Shown: positions 31,401-39,266 of the stretch, in pieces
How the letters are laid out: every line of letters begins with the position of its first letter
Numbering within the stretch: the stretch's first letter is position 1
Assembly: GCA_965223325.1 (NCBI GenBank)
Contig: CBDCWI010000002.1
Span: 2,880,001-2,944,000, forward strand
DNA: 64,000 nt
Reading direction: 5' to 3'
DNA from: Candidatus Multivoradales bacterium
GTDB lineage: Bacteria; Acidobacteriota; Thermoanaerobaculia; Multivoradales; Multivoraceae
Notes under the pieces: model-generated
Databases searched by the model: none
What the model saw: only the letters and a program-made list of their open reading frames with translations
What the model was told of the DNA's origin: nothing
Position numbers and translations under genes: made by a program

Positions 31401-31454
31401 GAACGACCTGGACCCTGGCGATGTGGAAAAACCGGTTCGGTTGGGTAACGGCAT
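25407..31454 (-). CDS. Alpha-2-macroglobulin family protein
   Basis: MG2 SDRPAYRPGD, FRLEEYKLPE, VRTDFRATALW, thioester YPYGCVEQT, DGAWGWW, ELRAETPGTF..EAMYVPE. Confidence 0.95.
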   Translation of the reverse strand: MPLPNRTGFSTSPGSRSFASVLLFLSVAVSTLLSGATEPVLPGRSATVGSPPVNPIQTAPPFAGFSQAGQEPMIDDNLPPDWQRAERLLFEGSFAQSATTYAELLTSLPTGPASEGQRRWLTLRRLQARLGAAGRSDDDDYEALQREVVDLLRVLERAAESGAPGDVREPAELEPPELGPRFPTAQVIDLGPSLATLEEAAGDAFWVSEWDRDPNRAWEYYSAALDRLAGWQNLDEARRRYLDIVFRASDWEAGVVRRGSVVRSFWVDRLPLEIAENAARIAVDPPDRTHASLLYALALARLGSQPRFHDACRDAFEEAIASGRYVSGRDGVRRENRGHDHALMQYAQWLARSGRLERTDGGTRQRPDLVGALAVLGRIVSEFSEGESAYYRQAQSLIQSLTQAALDVQIHHAFLPDQPIELFVEWRNLESFELRLYRLDASDDQSLMTTFQNLSGGGVGSPLNWYRDFRVDQLEVVQRARIETVGWESHEPGRSLVEFDGLSAGLYLVQAHDGGFDARGLLWVTRTSVITKASPGGLAVWVVDAETGSPLEGAGVEVYSDRGRRNRNPAPQTQSGRTNGDGLVRFETQGDGRRLSVLVGHEHGPSFVHLWSSGRGHRASWRVHAFSDRPAYRPGDQIHWKAMVRERSRGDGSWETPAGTALLWTLLDPRGEQVAEGTGELNAFGSLWGELELEKRAVLGTYSIEFKIGERLLGRTELFRLEEYKLPEIRVTATARPVRDDETPGETEPGRSPRVGQPVEVIVSSEFYFGGPVEGAEVEVLVRRRPWYPTWWGPDFDPERPAWLEESSSTGNGRFHGGGGGEVIHNATLFADENGEARFVVATDGTPIETAAWELEVEARVRDSSRREVVGKATVRLATQAYEANLRATQRLYQPDDEVEVELRTRTVDQQPVEASGSLRVVRRYWEEKVVDAKGRPVPAGQVARSRRQKEPLPRDWVVLKGTWREEEILTTTIASSDSGLGSFRFTPTNDGFYVATYRDDSEAAAPVEAETQVWVGSGQVTDLGWRHGGIRVVTGQSFGEAGSVLPVMISAPVSGRWALFSVEGEALYQLQVLKLGGEAHFLEIPLERLHVPNIVLAAATVFDLQTHLDQEAVRVAPSGGQLDVRVSLGLEEIGPAEEGEVLVEAFDEDGNPVDAEISLAVIDEAVLAIQEDLAPDPRARFWGESRAHAVRTSGSFQSLNFFHPELMREQKERRDHDLSAGQSLDMLADTAGEAAMSVHSLAVSEAPVARKMAAPAPPGGDSGAGDVVVRTDFRATALWIPDLTTGTNGLARATVNYPETLTRWRARAVAATAADRFGQGETFVRTKKDLLVRLQTPRFLVVGDRATLAVVVHNATERTLEATVDLEIEGDALRFLDGALTGQQGVALSPGDTRVDFEIDAEIFGDAAVTAVVRSAELSDAMQLGIPVVEHGIEKLVTDQGLLRRGDDGTTLRFDLPPRRDGSTGVTVQVAPSLAVTVLDALPYLIDYPYGCVEQTLSRFMPTVVTARTLERLGLEREEVLARSFGGTSASWAADNPQKQPSEKLDDVVSEGLARLLELQRTDGAWGWWSGGDADPWMTAYAVWTLALADEAGVDLEGVNIRGAREFLRDRLVEEQARPVRQAFMVHALSAWDEEVAERDARLVRAMEDLWNGRGGLTPYGLALVAISAKRFGDDQRADVLVRNLSDGVVKTSLAGYETAHWGSRSGWWHWSEGAVEATAFVLQALVAIDSENPLAEAAMRWLVQNRRGAQWNNTRDTAIAVIALDAWLEARGELSQTVGWQVVVGGEVLAEHTLSGNELLSAPTRVVVPSSALQDGTNTVEIRRTTGVGPLYLGVEARFFSLEEPIPPASSEVAVKRAWARKVARPTLLEGVVWEDEPLAPGDRVESGDRIAVTVEIEASNDFEYLIVDDWKPAGFESVELRSGGRAWIERVDSKNRRRGTWGSRRYVHRELRDQKVVHFIDSIEQGTWRLTYELRAETPGTFHGLPTIVEAMYVPEVRANGAEAGVLVRGGE

Positions 31455-31593
31455 GACGACAGCCCTCTGCTTATGGGGAGTTCAGGCGGGCACAGAATGC
31501 GCCGGAGTTCGAACACCAAGCACGCGGCCCTGTCCCGCTCATGCTTTGACACACACAGTCAGCAAACCGAAACCGTCGTGGGACGGGCCTCCA

Positions 31594-33084
31594 CTAGGCA
31601 CTGATCGCGTGGTCCGCTCCCCACTCTCGAATCGCTGCGATCTCGCGCGGTCGAACCTGCGACAGTGGCCGGGTGGCCGCGATCTCGGCGTAGAGAATCT
31701 CGGGCGAGAGTTCCGTTCGTTCTCCGAAGGCATGGTAGAGAGCTGCGACCACAACGCTCTCGATCTCGGCGCCCGAGAAGCCATCGGTGCGCGCGGCCAG
31801 CTCTTCGAGATCGAAGTCGGCCGGATCGCGCCCGCGGGTGGTCAGATGAATCGAGAAGATTCGAGCCCGGTCGACTTCCTCGGGTAGGTCGACGAAAAAA
31901 ATCTCGTCGAAACGACCGCGGCGCAACAGCTCAACGGGCAGCCGCGTGACGTCGTTGCTGGTCGCGACCAGAAACACCGGGGCGGTCTTCTCCTGCATCC
32001 AGGTGAGGACGGCGCCGAGAATGCGCTGCGAAAGCCCGTCGTCGGCGGTTCCGCCACCCGCGGCCAGCGCCTTTTCGATCTCATCGACCCACAAGACGGC
32101 CGGCGCCATCGCAGCGCAGGTGCTGAACACGCGCCGCAAGTTGGCCTCGCTCTCGCCGATGAACTTGTCGTACAGGCGACCGGGATCGAGGCGCAGAAGC
32201 GGCTGCTTCCACTCACCGGCAAGAGCTCGACACGCCAGACTCTTGCCAGTTCCGGGCACGCCCACCATCAAAACGCCGCGCGGCGGCTCGAGCCCGAAGC
32301 GCACCGCGTCTTCGGAAAACGCCAACGACCGGCGCTCGACCCAGCGTTTCAGGTTGGGCAGTCCGCCGAGCTCACCGAGACCATCGAGTGGCTCGATCCA
32401 CTCGAGCAAGCCGCCTTCGCGGACCCGCTTCTTCTTTGCTTCCAGCAGCTCTGGCACATCACCCAGGTCGAGGCTACGGTCGCGCAACGCCGCCTGGTAC
32501 AGCATCCGGCGCGCCTCCTGAGCATGGAGGCCCTGCAGCGCGCGCGCCATCTCGGACCAGTCGTCACCCTCGAGCTTGACCTGAAGGCGCGCCGACGCGC
32601 TGAGCTCTTTGGCGGTCGTGCGCACCAGGTGCTCGAGTTCTTTCTGGCTCGGCAACGCGATTTCGAGACTCGCGGCGTGCAGCACGAGCTCGGTGGGCAA
32701 GTTGACGGTCGAACCACAAACCAGGACGGCCGATTTCGAGCGCCCAAAGGCCGTTGCGACTTCGCGCAACCGTCGAATGACCTCGGGCCGGTCGAAGTAG
32801 GGATGAATGTCTTCGAACAGCACCAGCACCTCGTCGTGAAACCCGAGGACACGGTCGAGGGCCTCATCGGGGTCGCGTGTACCGTCGAGGCCGCCGACGC
32901 CCTTGCGAATCAGACCCGACGAGGAGTTCCACTGCAGAAACGGCATGCCGAGGTCGGACGCGACTTGCGAAACCAGAGCCTCGGCCTTGGTCTCGTCGAC
33001 CGTCTCGACCGCAATCAGGGGATAGCGCGAGAGGACGAGGAGCGTGAGTTCACGCTGTAGATCGCGGCAAACGGTGTACGGCAT
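31594..33084 (-). CDS. Ycf46-like AAA+ ATPase
   Basis: LGGLPNLKRW, GVPGTGKS, VLWVDEIEK, TWMQEK, LLRRGRFDEIFFVDLP, FSGAEIE. Confidence 0.93.
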   Translation of the reverse strand: MPYTVCRDLQRELTLLVLSRYPLIAVETVDETKAEALVSQVASDLGMPFLQWNSSSGLIRKGVGGLDGTRDPDEALDRVLGFHDEVLVLFEDIHPYFDRPEVIRRLREVATAFGRSKSAVLVCGSTVNLPTELVLHAASLEIALPSQKELEHLVRTTAKELSASARLQVKLEGDDWSEMARALQGLHAQEARRMLYQAALRDRSLDLGDVPELLEAKKKRVREGGLLEWIEPLDGLGELGGLPNLKRWVERRSLAFSEDAVRFGLEPPRGVLMVGVPGTGKSLACRALAGEWKQPLLRLDPGRLYDKFIGESEANLRRVFSTCAAMAPAVLWVDEIEKALAAGGGTADDGLSQRILGAVLTWMQEKTAPVFLVATSNDVTRLPVELLRRGRFDEIFFVDLPEEVDRARIFSIHLTTRGRDPADFDLEELAARTDGFSGAEIESVVVAALYHAFGERTELSPEILYAEIAATRPLSQVRPREIAAIREWGADHAISA

Positions 33085-33121
33085 CAGAAGACTCTATCGC
33101 CGTCGCGAGGTGACCTCGACC

Positions 33122-34141
33122 TCAATCGAAGGACCCGGAGGTGATCGTCGAGGCACTCCCGTCGGCGCCGAAGTTTGCCAACCATCCTTCGAGCTCGGGG
33201 TAGCGGTCGATCAAGTCTGCTACTTCGAGCAGGCCGCGCTTCTTCTTCCACATCTTGAGGATACGGTTCATCGCCTTGCTCCCGTCGCGCCGCAGCACGA
33301 TCGAGGCTCCGCGATGGAACTGTGCCTGGTACCAGAGGAAGGCCTCGACGCCCTGCTCGTCCTGAAGGACGAGCGCCGGCGAGTAGTTCTCGGGAGGACC
33401 GGCGGCATAGGCAAGGCGGCTTCCGAGGCGCTGGTAGAACAGGGCAATGTCTTCTACCCGGCTCGCCTCGTGCTCCTGCGCCACCGTGCCGGCGACGACG
33501 TGCGCCACCAGTTCGGAGATCCAACCTTCACGACCGCGCAAGCCGTTGAGGTTCGCGAAGCCACGCGCGATCTCGACCTGGAGCAAGGTGTCGGCGGCGA
33601 GCAAAGTCGCCGCTTCAGCGTCGGAACCCACGAGGGGGTGACCGTCGAGCCGAGGAAGCCCGCCGTCACCGAGAAGCTGCTGCCAGAACTGCACCGTTTC
33701 CGGGTCACCGGCCGCCGGTGCGAGAAGCGCGGCGGAACCGGCGCGCAAAGGCAGGCCATAAGGCGTGGTCACGCCGGCGCGGGTCCACTCGTCGCGGTTC
33801 ATCAGGTAGACCGCGGTCGGTGTGGGCAGATCACTCCACGACTTGAAGTACCAACCCGAGACGTCAATCCGTTGGAGGACGTGATGCGCTCGGTCGAGGG
33901 CCGCCGTATAACGAACCGCGCCAAAAGAGCCCCGGATCGTTCGAAACGCCTGCGGTCCGAGCTTCCGAAGCTCCTCGGGGCCCGACTCATCGGGGCCGTC
34001 GACGATGACTTCGGAGGGCTGAGACCAGGCGATGCCCCCCCCAAGCGCCAGAAGACAGCCGAGCGCCAAGCCGAGCCTGCCGAGCATGAAGTGGAAGGCG
34101 ACCGGAGGACGGCGGAGGGTGTTTGGGGCGAGAATTCTCAT
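33122..34141 (-). CDS. Exported hypothetical protein, degenerate gluzincin/peptidase-MA-like
   Basis: Signal peptide; LQVEIARG followed by WISELVA at the spacing of HExxH...WxxEG. Confidence 0.65.
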   Translation of the reverse strand: MRILAPNTLRRPPVAFHFMLGRLGLALGCLLALGGGIAWSQPSEVIVDGPDESGPEELRKLGPQAFRTIRGSFGAVRYTAALDRAHHVLQRIDVSGWYFKSWSDLPTPTAVYLMNRDEWTRAGVTTPYGLPLRAGSAALLAPAAGDPETVQFWQQLLGDGGLPRLDGHPLVGSDAEAATLLAADTLLQVEIARGFANLNGLRGREGWISELVAHVVAGTVAQEHEASRVEDIALFYQRLGSRLAYAAGPPENYSPALVLQDEQGVEAFLWYQAQFHRGASIVLRRDGSKAMNRILKMWKKKRGLLEVADLIDRYPELEGWLANFGADGSASTITSGSFD

Positions 34142-34210
34142 CGCCGTGATTCTACGCCACCTCCGAATTCTCTTCTTCGAGCACGCCCTCTCGAGGCCTG
34201 TTTCCCGGCC

Positions 34211-34630
34211 CTACAAGCGGTCGGTACGGCCGAAGAAGAAGGCCTGCTCGATCGCGGCGTTCTCCGCTGAGTCCGAACCGTGGATGGCGTTGTTCTGGAT
34301 GTCGGTGCCGTAGAGGTTGCGAATCGTGCCCTCGGCTGCCTCCTCGGAGTTGGTCGCGCCCATCACCTCACGCAGGTGAGCGACGGCGTTGTCACGCTCG
34401 AGCACGACCGGAACCACACGGCCGCTGGTCATGAACTCGACCAGCTCGCCGTAGAAGGGTCGCTCACAGTGGACCTCGTAGAAGGCCTTCGCCTGCGCTT
34501 CGGAGAGGTGCATCATGCGCATTGCAATGATTCTGAAGCCTTCCTTCTCGAGGTGGGCGAGGATGTTGCCAGTGTTGTTGGCCTTGACCGCGTCGGGTTT
34601 GACGATGGTGAGCGTGCGTTCGATTGCCAT
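34211..34630 (-). CDS. ndk: Nucleoside-diphosphate kinase
   Basis: ERTLTIVKPDAV, FY..H..RPF, GTIR, NAIHGSDS. Confidence 0.98.
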   Translation of the reverse strand: MAIERTLTIVKPDAVKANNTGNILAHLEKEGFRIIAMRMMHLSEAQAKAFYEVHCERPFYGELVEFMTSGRVVPVVLERDNAVAHLREVMGATNSEEAAEGTIRNLYGTDIQNNAIHGSDSAENAAIEQAFFFGRTDRL

Positions 34631-34756
34631 GGTTGGTTTTCCTTTGTGCTGAATCGACAGGTATCGAATTGGCGTCGGGGCGCCCTCCGGTCACGTTGAC
34701 CGCTCGAGTGCGGCTCGGCGGCGGTCGCCCCGCTGTTGTCTGGTTCTTTTTGTGGG

Positions 34757-35629
34757 TTACTTGCCGAGGGCCTTGGCCGCAGCCTTACCCATATCGGCCG
34801 GAGAATCGACGACGTCGACGCCGGCCTCGCGCAGCGCCTTCTTCTTGCCGTCGGCAGTTCCCTGACCACCAGAGACGATGGCCCCGGCGTGGCCCATGCG
34901 CCGCCCAGGGGGCGCCGTGGCTCCGGCAATGAAACCCACCACCGGCTTGGTACCGTTGGCCTTGATCCACGCCGCTGCCTCTTCTTCTGCGCTACCGCCG
35001 ATCTCCCCGACCAGGATGATCGCCTCGGTCTGGTCGTCGGCCTCGAACAGAGCAAGCGCATCGATATGGTTGGTACCGTTGATCGGGTCACCACCGATTC
35101 CGATGCAAGTGGACTGGCCCAGGCCAACGTTGCCAACCTGCCAGACCGCTTCGTAGGTCAAGGTGCCGCTACGGCTGACGATGCCAACGCTTCCTTCTTT
35201 GTGGATGTGGCCAGGCATGATGCCCACCTTGGCCTTTCCCGGCGAGATCGCCCCCGGGCAGTTCGGCCCGAGCAGTCGGACGTCGCGGCCTTCCATGAAC
35301 TCCGCCACCTTGAGCATGTCGTTGATCGGAATACCCTCGGTGATGCAGATGACGAGCTCGATGCCGGCGTCGGCCGCCTCCATGATTGCGTCGGCCGCAA
35401 AGGGCGGCGGTACGAAGATCATCGAGACGTTGCAGTCGGTCGCGTTCTTGGCTTCGGCGACACTGTTCCAGACGTGAAAGCCCTCCTCCTCCTGGCCACC
35501 CTTGCCGGGGGTCACGCCACCGACGACGTTGGTGCCGTAGTCGCGGCACTGCGTGGCGTGAAACATTCCTTCCTTGCCGGTGATGCCCTGGACGAGGAGA
35601 CGCGTGTTCTGATCGACGAGAACGGCCAT
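34757..35629 (-). CDS. sucD: Succinyl-CoA synthetase alpha subunit
   Basis: [37 protein letters not shown]. Confidence 0.98.
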   Translation of the reverse strand: MAVLVDQNTRLLVQGITGKEGMFHATQCRDYGTNVVGGVTPGKGGQEEEGFHVWNSVAEAKNATDCNVSMIFVPPPFAADAIMEAADAGIELVICITEGIPINDMLKVAEFMEGRDVRLLGPNCPGAISPGKAKVGIMPGHIHKEGSVGIVSRSGTLTYEAVWQVGNVGLGQSTCIGIGGDPINGTNHIDALALFEADDQTEAIILVGEIGGSAEEEAAAWIKANGTKPVVGFIAGATAPPGRRMGHAGAIVSGGQGTADGKKKALREAGVDVVDSPADMGKAAAKALGK

Positions 35630-36798
35630 CAGGTCGTACCTCCAGCTGCTGCAACGGCCTTCTGGGCCGCATCGGACATGTCGGTTGCGACCAGGAAGTC
35701 GAAGTCTGCTTCTTCGAGAACTCGGCGGCCTTCCTCGACGTTGGTACCTTCGAGCCGCACGATGACCGGCAGCCCGACATCACCGAGCTCTTCGAGAGCC
35801 CCCACGACCCCACGGGCGATGCGATCGGTGCGTGCGATGCCACCGAAGATGTTGATCAAGACCGCCTTGACGCTCGGGTCGGAAGCGATGATCTTGAAGG
35901 CATTGGTAACGGTCTCTTGACTGGCCGAGCCTCCGACATCGAGAAAGTTCGCGGGCTCACCGCCCGAGAACTGGATGATGTCCATCGTCGCCATCGCCAG
36001 GCCGGCACCGTTGACCATGCAACCGATGTTGCCGTCGAGCTTGATGTAGCTGAGACCGTACTTGCTCGCCTCGACTTCGAAAGGATCCTCCTCGTCGAGA
36101 TCGCGCATCGAGGCGATGTCTTTCTGGCGAAAGAGCGCATTGTCGTCGAAGTTGAGCTTGCAATCGCCGGCGAAGACCGTACCGTCGCCGGTGACCACAA
36201 GCGGGTTGATCTCGGCAAGCGATGCGTCCGAGGCCATGTAGGCCTTCATCAGGCTGGTGACGATGCCGGCTGCCTGGCGCGCGGTCTTGCCTTCGAGACC
36301 GAGGGCTGAGGCAACCCGGCGGGCCTGGAAGGGCTGGATACCAAGATGCGAGTCGACGATCACTCGCTTGATGGCGTCAGGGTTCTTGGCCGCGACTTCT
36401 TCGATGTCCATACCGCCTTCGGTCGACGCCATGATCACCGGTGCCCGCTCGGCACGATCGAGAGTAACGGCGAGGTAGAACTCGCGGTCGATGTCGAGAA
36501 GTTCTTCAACCAGCACCTTCTTGACTTCTTGCCCTTCGGGCCCGGTCTGGTGGGTGACCAGCTGCATGCCGAGGATCTCACCTGCCAAGCGCTCGGCTTC
36601 GTCGGGTGAGCTGGCCAGTTTGACGCCCCCGCCCTTGCCCCGGCCACCGGCGTGAATCTGCGCTTTGACGACGCACTTGCCGCCGAGCTCTTCACAGATC
36701 TCGCGCGCTCTCTTCGGGTCTTCAGTCATCCGGCCTTGTGGGACGGCAGCCCCGTAGCGGCGCAGAATGTCCTTGCCCTGATACTCGTGGATATTCAA
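35629..36798 (-). CDS. sucC: Succinyl-CoA synthetase beta subunit
   Basis: TTG start (M)[43 protein letters not shown]; TGATG overlap with sucD. Confidence 0.98.
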   Translation of the reverse strand: MNIHEYQGKDILRRYGAAVPQGRMTEDPKRAREICEELGGKCVVKAQIHAGGRGKGGGVKLASSPDEAERLAGEILGMQLVTHQTGPEGQEVKKVLVEELLDIDREFYLAVTLDRAERAPVIMASTEGGMDIEEVAAKNPDAIKRVIVDSHLGIQPFQARRVASALGLEGKTARQAAGIVTSLMKAYMASDASLAEINPLVVTGDGTVFAGDCKLNFDDNALFRQKDIASMRDLDEEDPFEVEASKYGLSYIKLDGNIGCMVNGAGLAMATMDIIQFSGGEPANFLDVGGSASQETVTNAFKIIASDPSVKAVLINIFGGIARTDRIARGVVGALEELGDVGLPVIVRLEGTNVEEGRRVLEEADFDFLVATDMSDAAQKAVAAAGGTT

Positions 36799-37000
36799 GC
36801 GGGTCCCTCTCTTGCCCCGTACCGGTGGCCCTAAGCGACGAGCGAATGTCATCGTTCACGCTCACGGCGAGCGCTCGGCATGTCGGCCGGGTTCCGCTGG
36901 TTTTCGGGGTAGAAGCCCTGGGAAACAGGGGGTTCGGCGAGACGCGAGCATAGCACTGGCCGCTCGGTCAGTCAGCCACTGGTCGCCATCGATCGCGGCG

Positions 37001-38885
37001 CTACTCGATGTAGCCGAGGGCTCTCAGTCGCTCTTCCTGCTCGCGACTCCGCTCGAGATCCTCAGCTGGCTCCTCAAGCCCGCCCGGGAACGATGTGGCT
37101 GAAGCTCGGCACTACCTCGAGCACCGGCTCAGTTCTGAACGCCTCTCGAACGACCCGACCAGGAAGGTCGGCGGCGACGGGAAGACCCGCCAAGGCCAGA
37201 ACGGTCGGCGTGATGTCGAGCACGCTCGGATCTGCTGCGAAGTAGCCCGGTGCAACCGCGTCGCCCGAGATCAAGACCACGCCGTCCGGCGACCCAAAGT
37301 GCTCGACGCCACTGAAGGTCCAGCCGTGATCCGACACCAGGACCATGGTTGAGGAGTCGAGCTGTTCACGGTACTGGGCGAGGAAACGATCGAACGTTTC
37401 GTAGATCGCAAATACCGGGTGTTCGCGATTGGCGATCACGAGTTCTTTCCACTCGGTTGCAGAGCGATGCACCGGCAGGTCGGTGAGCAGGAAAGCATCC
37501 TCGGAGTGGAAGTCCCAGTGGTTGTGCGCCAGCCAGTCGACCCAGAGCGAGAAGAAGACCGCGACTGCCGGTTCGACTGCACCGACCTGATCGAAGAAGG
37601 TCTCGAACTGCAGGGCGAGACTCGCCTCGACCTCGCGGAGATCGTCGGATGCGTCTGGAAACTCGACCTCAGGTAGGGCCGGGACCTCGGCTGCCAGGTT
37701 CGACGGATGAAAGCCGGAGGAATCGTTCTCGCCTCCCTCCCACTGGTCGATGACCACGCCTTCGATCGCCGGCGCCGGGTGACCGAGCAGGACGTTGTAG
37801 ACCACCGACGGCGCGTCGAACCCACTGGTGATGTCCCACAACATAGGAGCCTCTCGATCCTGGGAGGTCATCGCTTCGAGTCGCCACAGGCCCGGGTTGG
37901 GCAACGCCTCGAGCAACCGATCAATCGAGTAGACCGAGCGAATGGTCGGCCGAATCGTGGCGAGGTTGTCGAGCTCTCGGCCGCTCTTCGGAAGCACCAG
38001 TTTGCGAAAGGCGAACACGCGGTGCCGCTCGGGTAGCTGGCCAGACCAGATGGTGTGCCAGATGAGCGGCGAAAAACTCGATCCGCGGTTGTCGAGGTAG
38101 CCGACCCTGCCATTCGTCATGCGCGTCGCCAGCTCTGGCAGGTAGCCAGCCTCGAGCAGCGGCTGCGCCACGCTCCAAGAGAAGCCATCGAGGCACAAGA
38201 GCACCACCGGAGAGTGGTCGGAACCCATCGTCTCGTCGGGTCGCTCGACCGAGCCGCTCGCCGTAGCGTCAACTGCGCTCTGGTGGAGCGCGGCGTTCGG
38301 CACCCGACGCACGTCGAGCTCTACTTTCCAGATCAGAACCGCCACGGTCGAAGACGCGGTCACCAATGCCGCCAACCACAGAAGCCGCGATCTCGCCGTC
38401 CAGCGCTCCACCAGGGCAAGCCCGAGGAACCAAAAAGCGACACAGGAGAGGACGAAGAAGACGATCTGGAGAAACCCCGCCTTGGTCACAAAGGGTCGCG
38501 CCGAGGCCCACTGGTACGCCAACGACACCCGCGGCAGGACCGCGAAGGCCAGGTGAAAGACGACCAGAGCAACCGTCAGTTGGGTCGACAACCGACCGAG
38601 CCTGCGGACCAGAAAGACAGCCGCGAAGCGTCGGATGGCGAGGAGCAGAACGCCCAGACCGAGAAGCCCCGCGACGTGCAGCGGCAGAACGAGCCACAGC
38701 ATCACAACCCAGAGTTCGAAAAACGCGGCGAGGCCCGAATGGGGTGGGTTGAGACCTTCGAGCACCAGCGCCAGGACGAGAGCCACCGCAAGAGGAAGGA
38801 GAACGACTGGACCAAGAGCGCGAACCCAGACCTTCCAGGACGACGATCTGGGATGCCCGCACTCTGCGGCTTTCCCGTTGGTCAT
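37001..38885 (-). CDS. Membrane-anchored alkaline phosphatase/type I phosphodiesterase superfamily protein (apparent +1 frameshift near the 3' end)
   Basis: VLLCLDG, SFSPLIW.TI.SG, VSDHG, DITPTVLALAGLP. Frame 0 stops at 37074; the +1 frame gives LEEPAEDLERSREQEERLRALGYIE* ending at 37001. Confidence 0.82.
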
Positions 38886-39266
38886 TGGTTCCTCTCCCTC
38901 GGCAGATCTGATCCCTCGACCGAATCTGTCCCAGGTTCGGACAGTCCTCGGTCTCTGAGGGGCAGCGGCACTCGAGCGATGCAACATTCCCGCCCGGTTC
39001 CAGAGGTTCGCCCGACGCACTCGAACCTCGCCGGCGCGGACCGGTTCTCGTTCCGTGACCCCAAACAGGCAAGGGAGCTCGGCAGCCCACAGTTCGCGGG
39101 ACTCCCGCGCTCAAAAGCACTCTGGGCCCCGTTTCTGGCCGATGACCTGGAGAAATACTAGAATAGAGGTGCCGAGGCGCTTCTTCTCCACGGAATCCAG
39201 CTCTTGATCGCCAGCGCCACTCCTTTCGATGACTTCGCGAGCGATGCCTCCGATGGAGAAAGACCC

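Noticed and set aside
37074-37076. TGA of the phosphodiesterase gene as a second Sec codon
   Set aside because: In-frame read-through hits another TGA four codons later, and the conserved tail is in the +1 frame.
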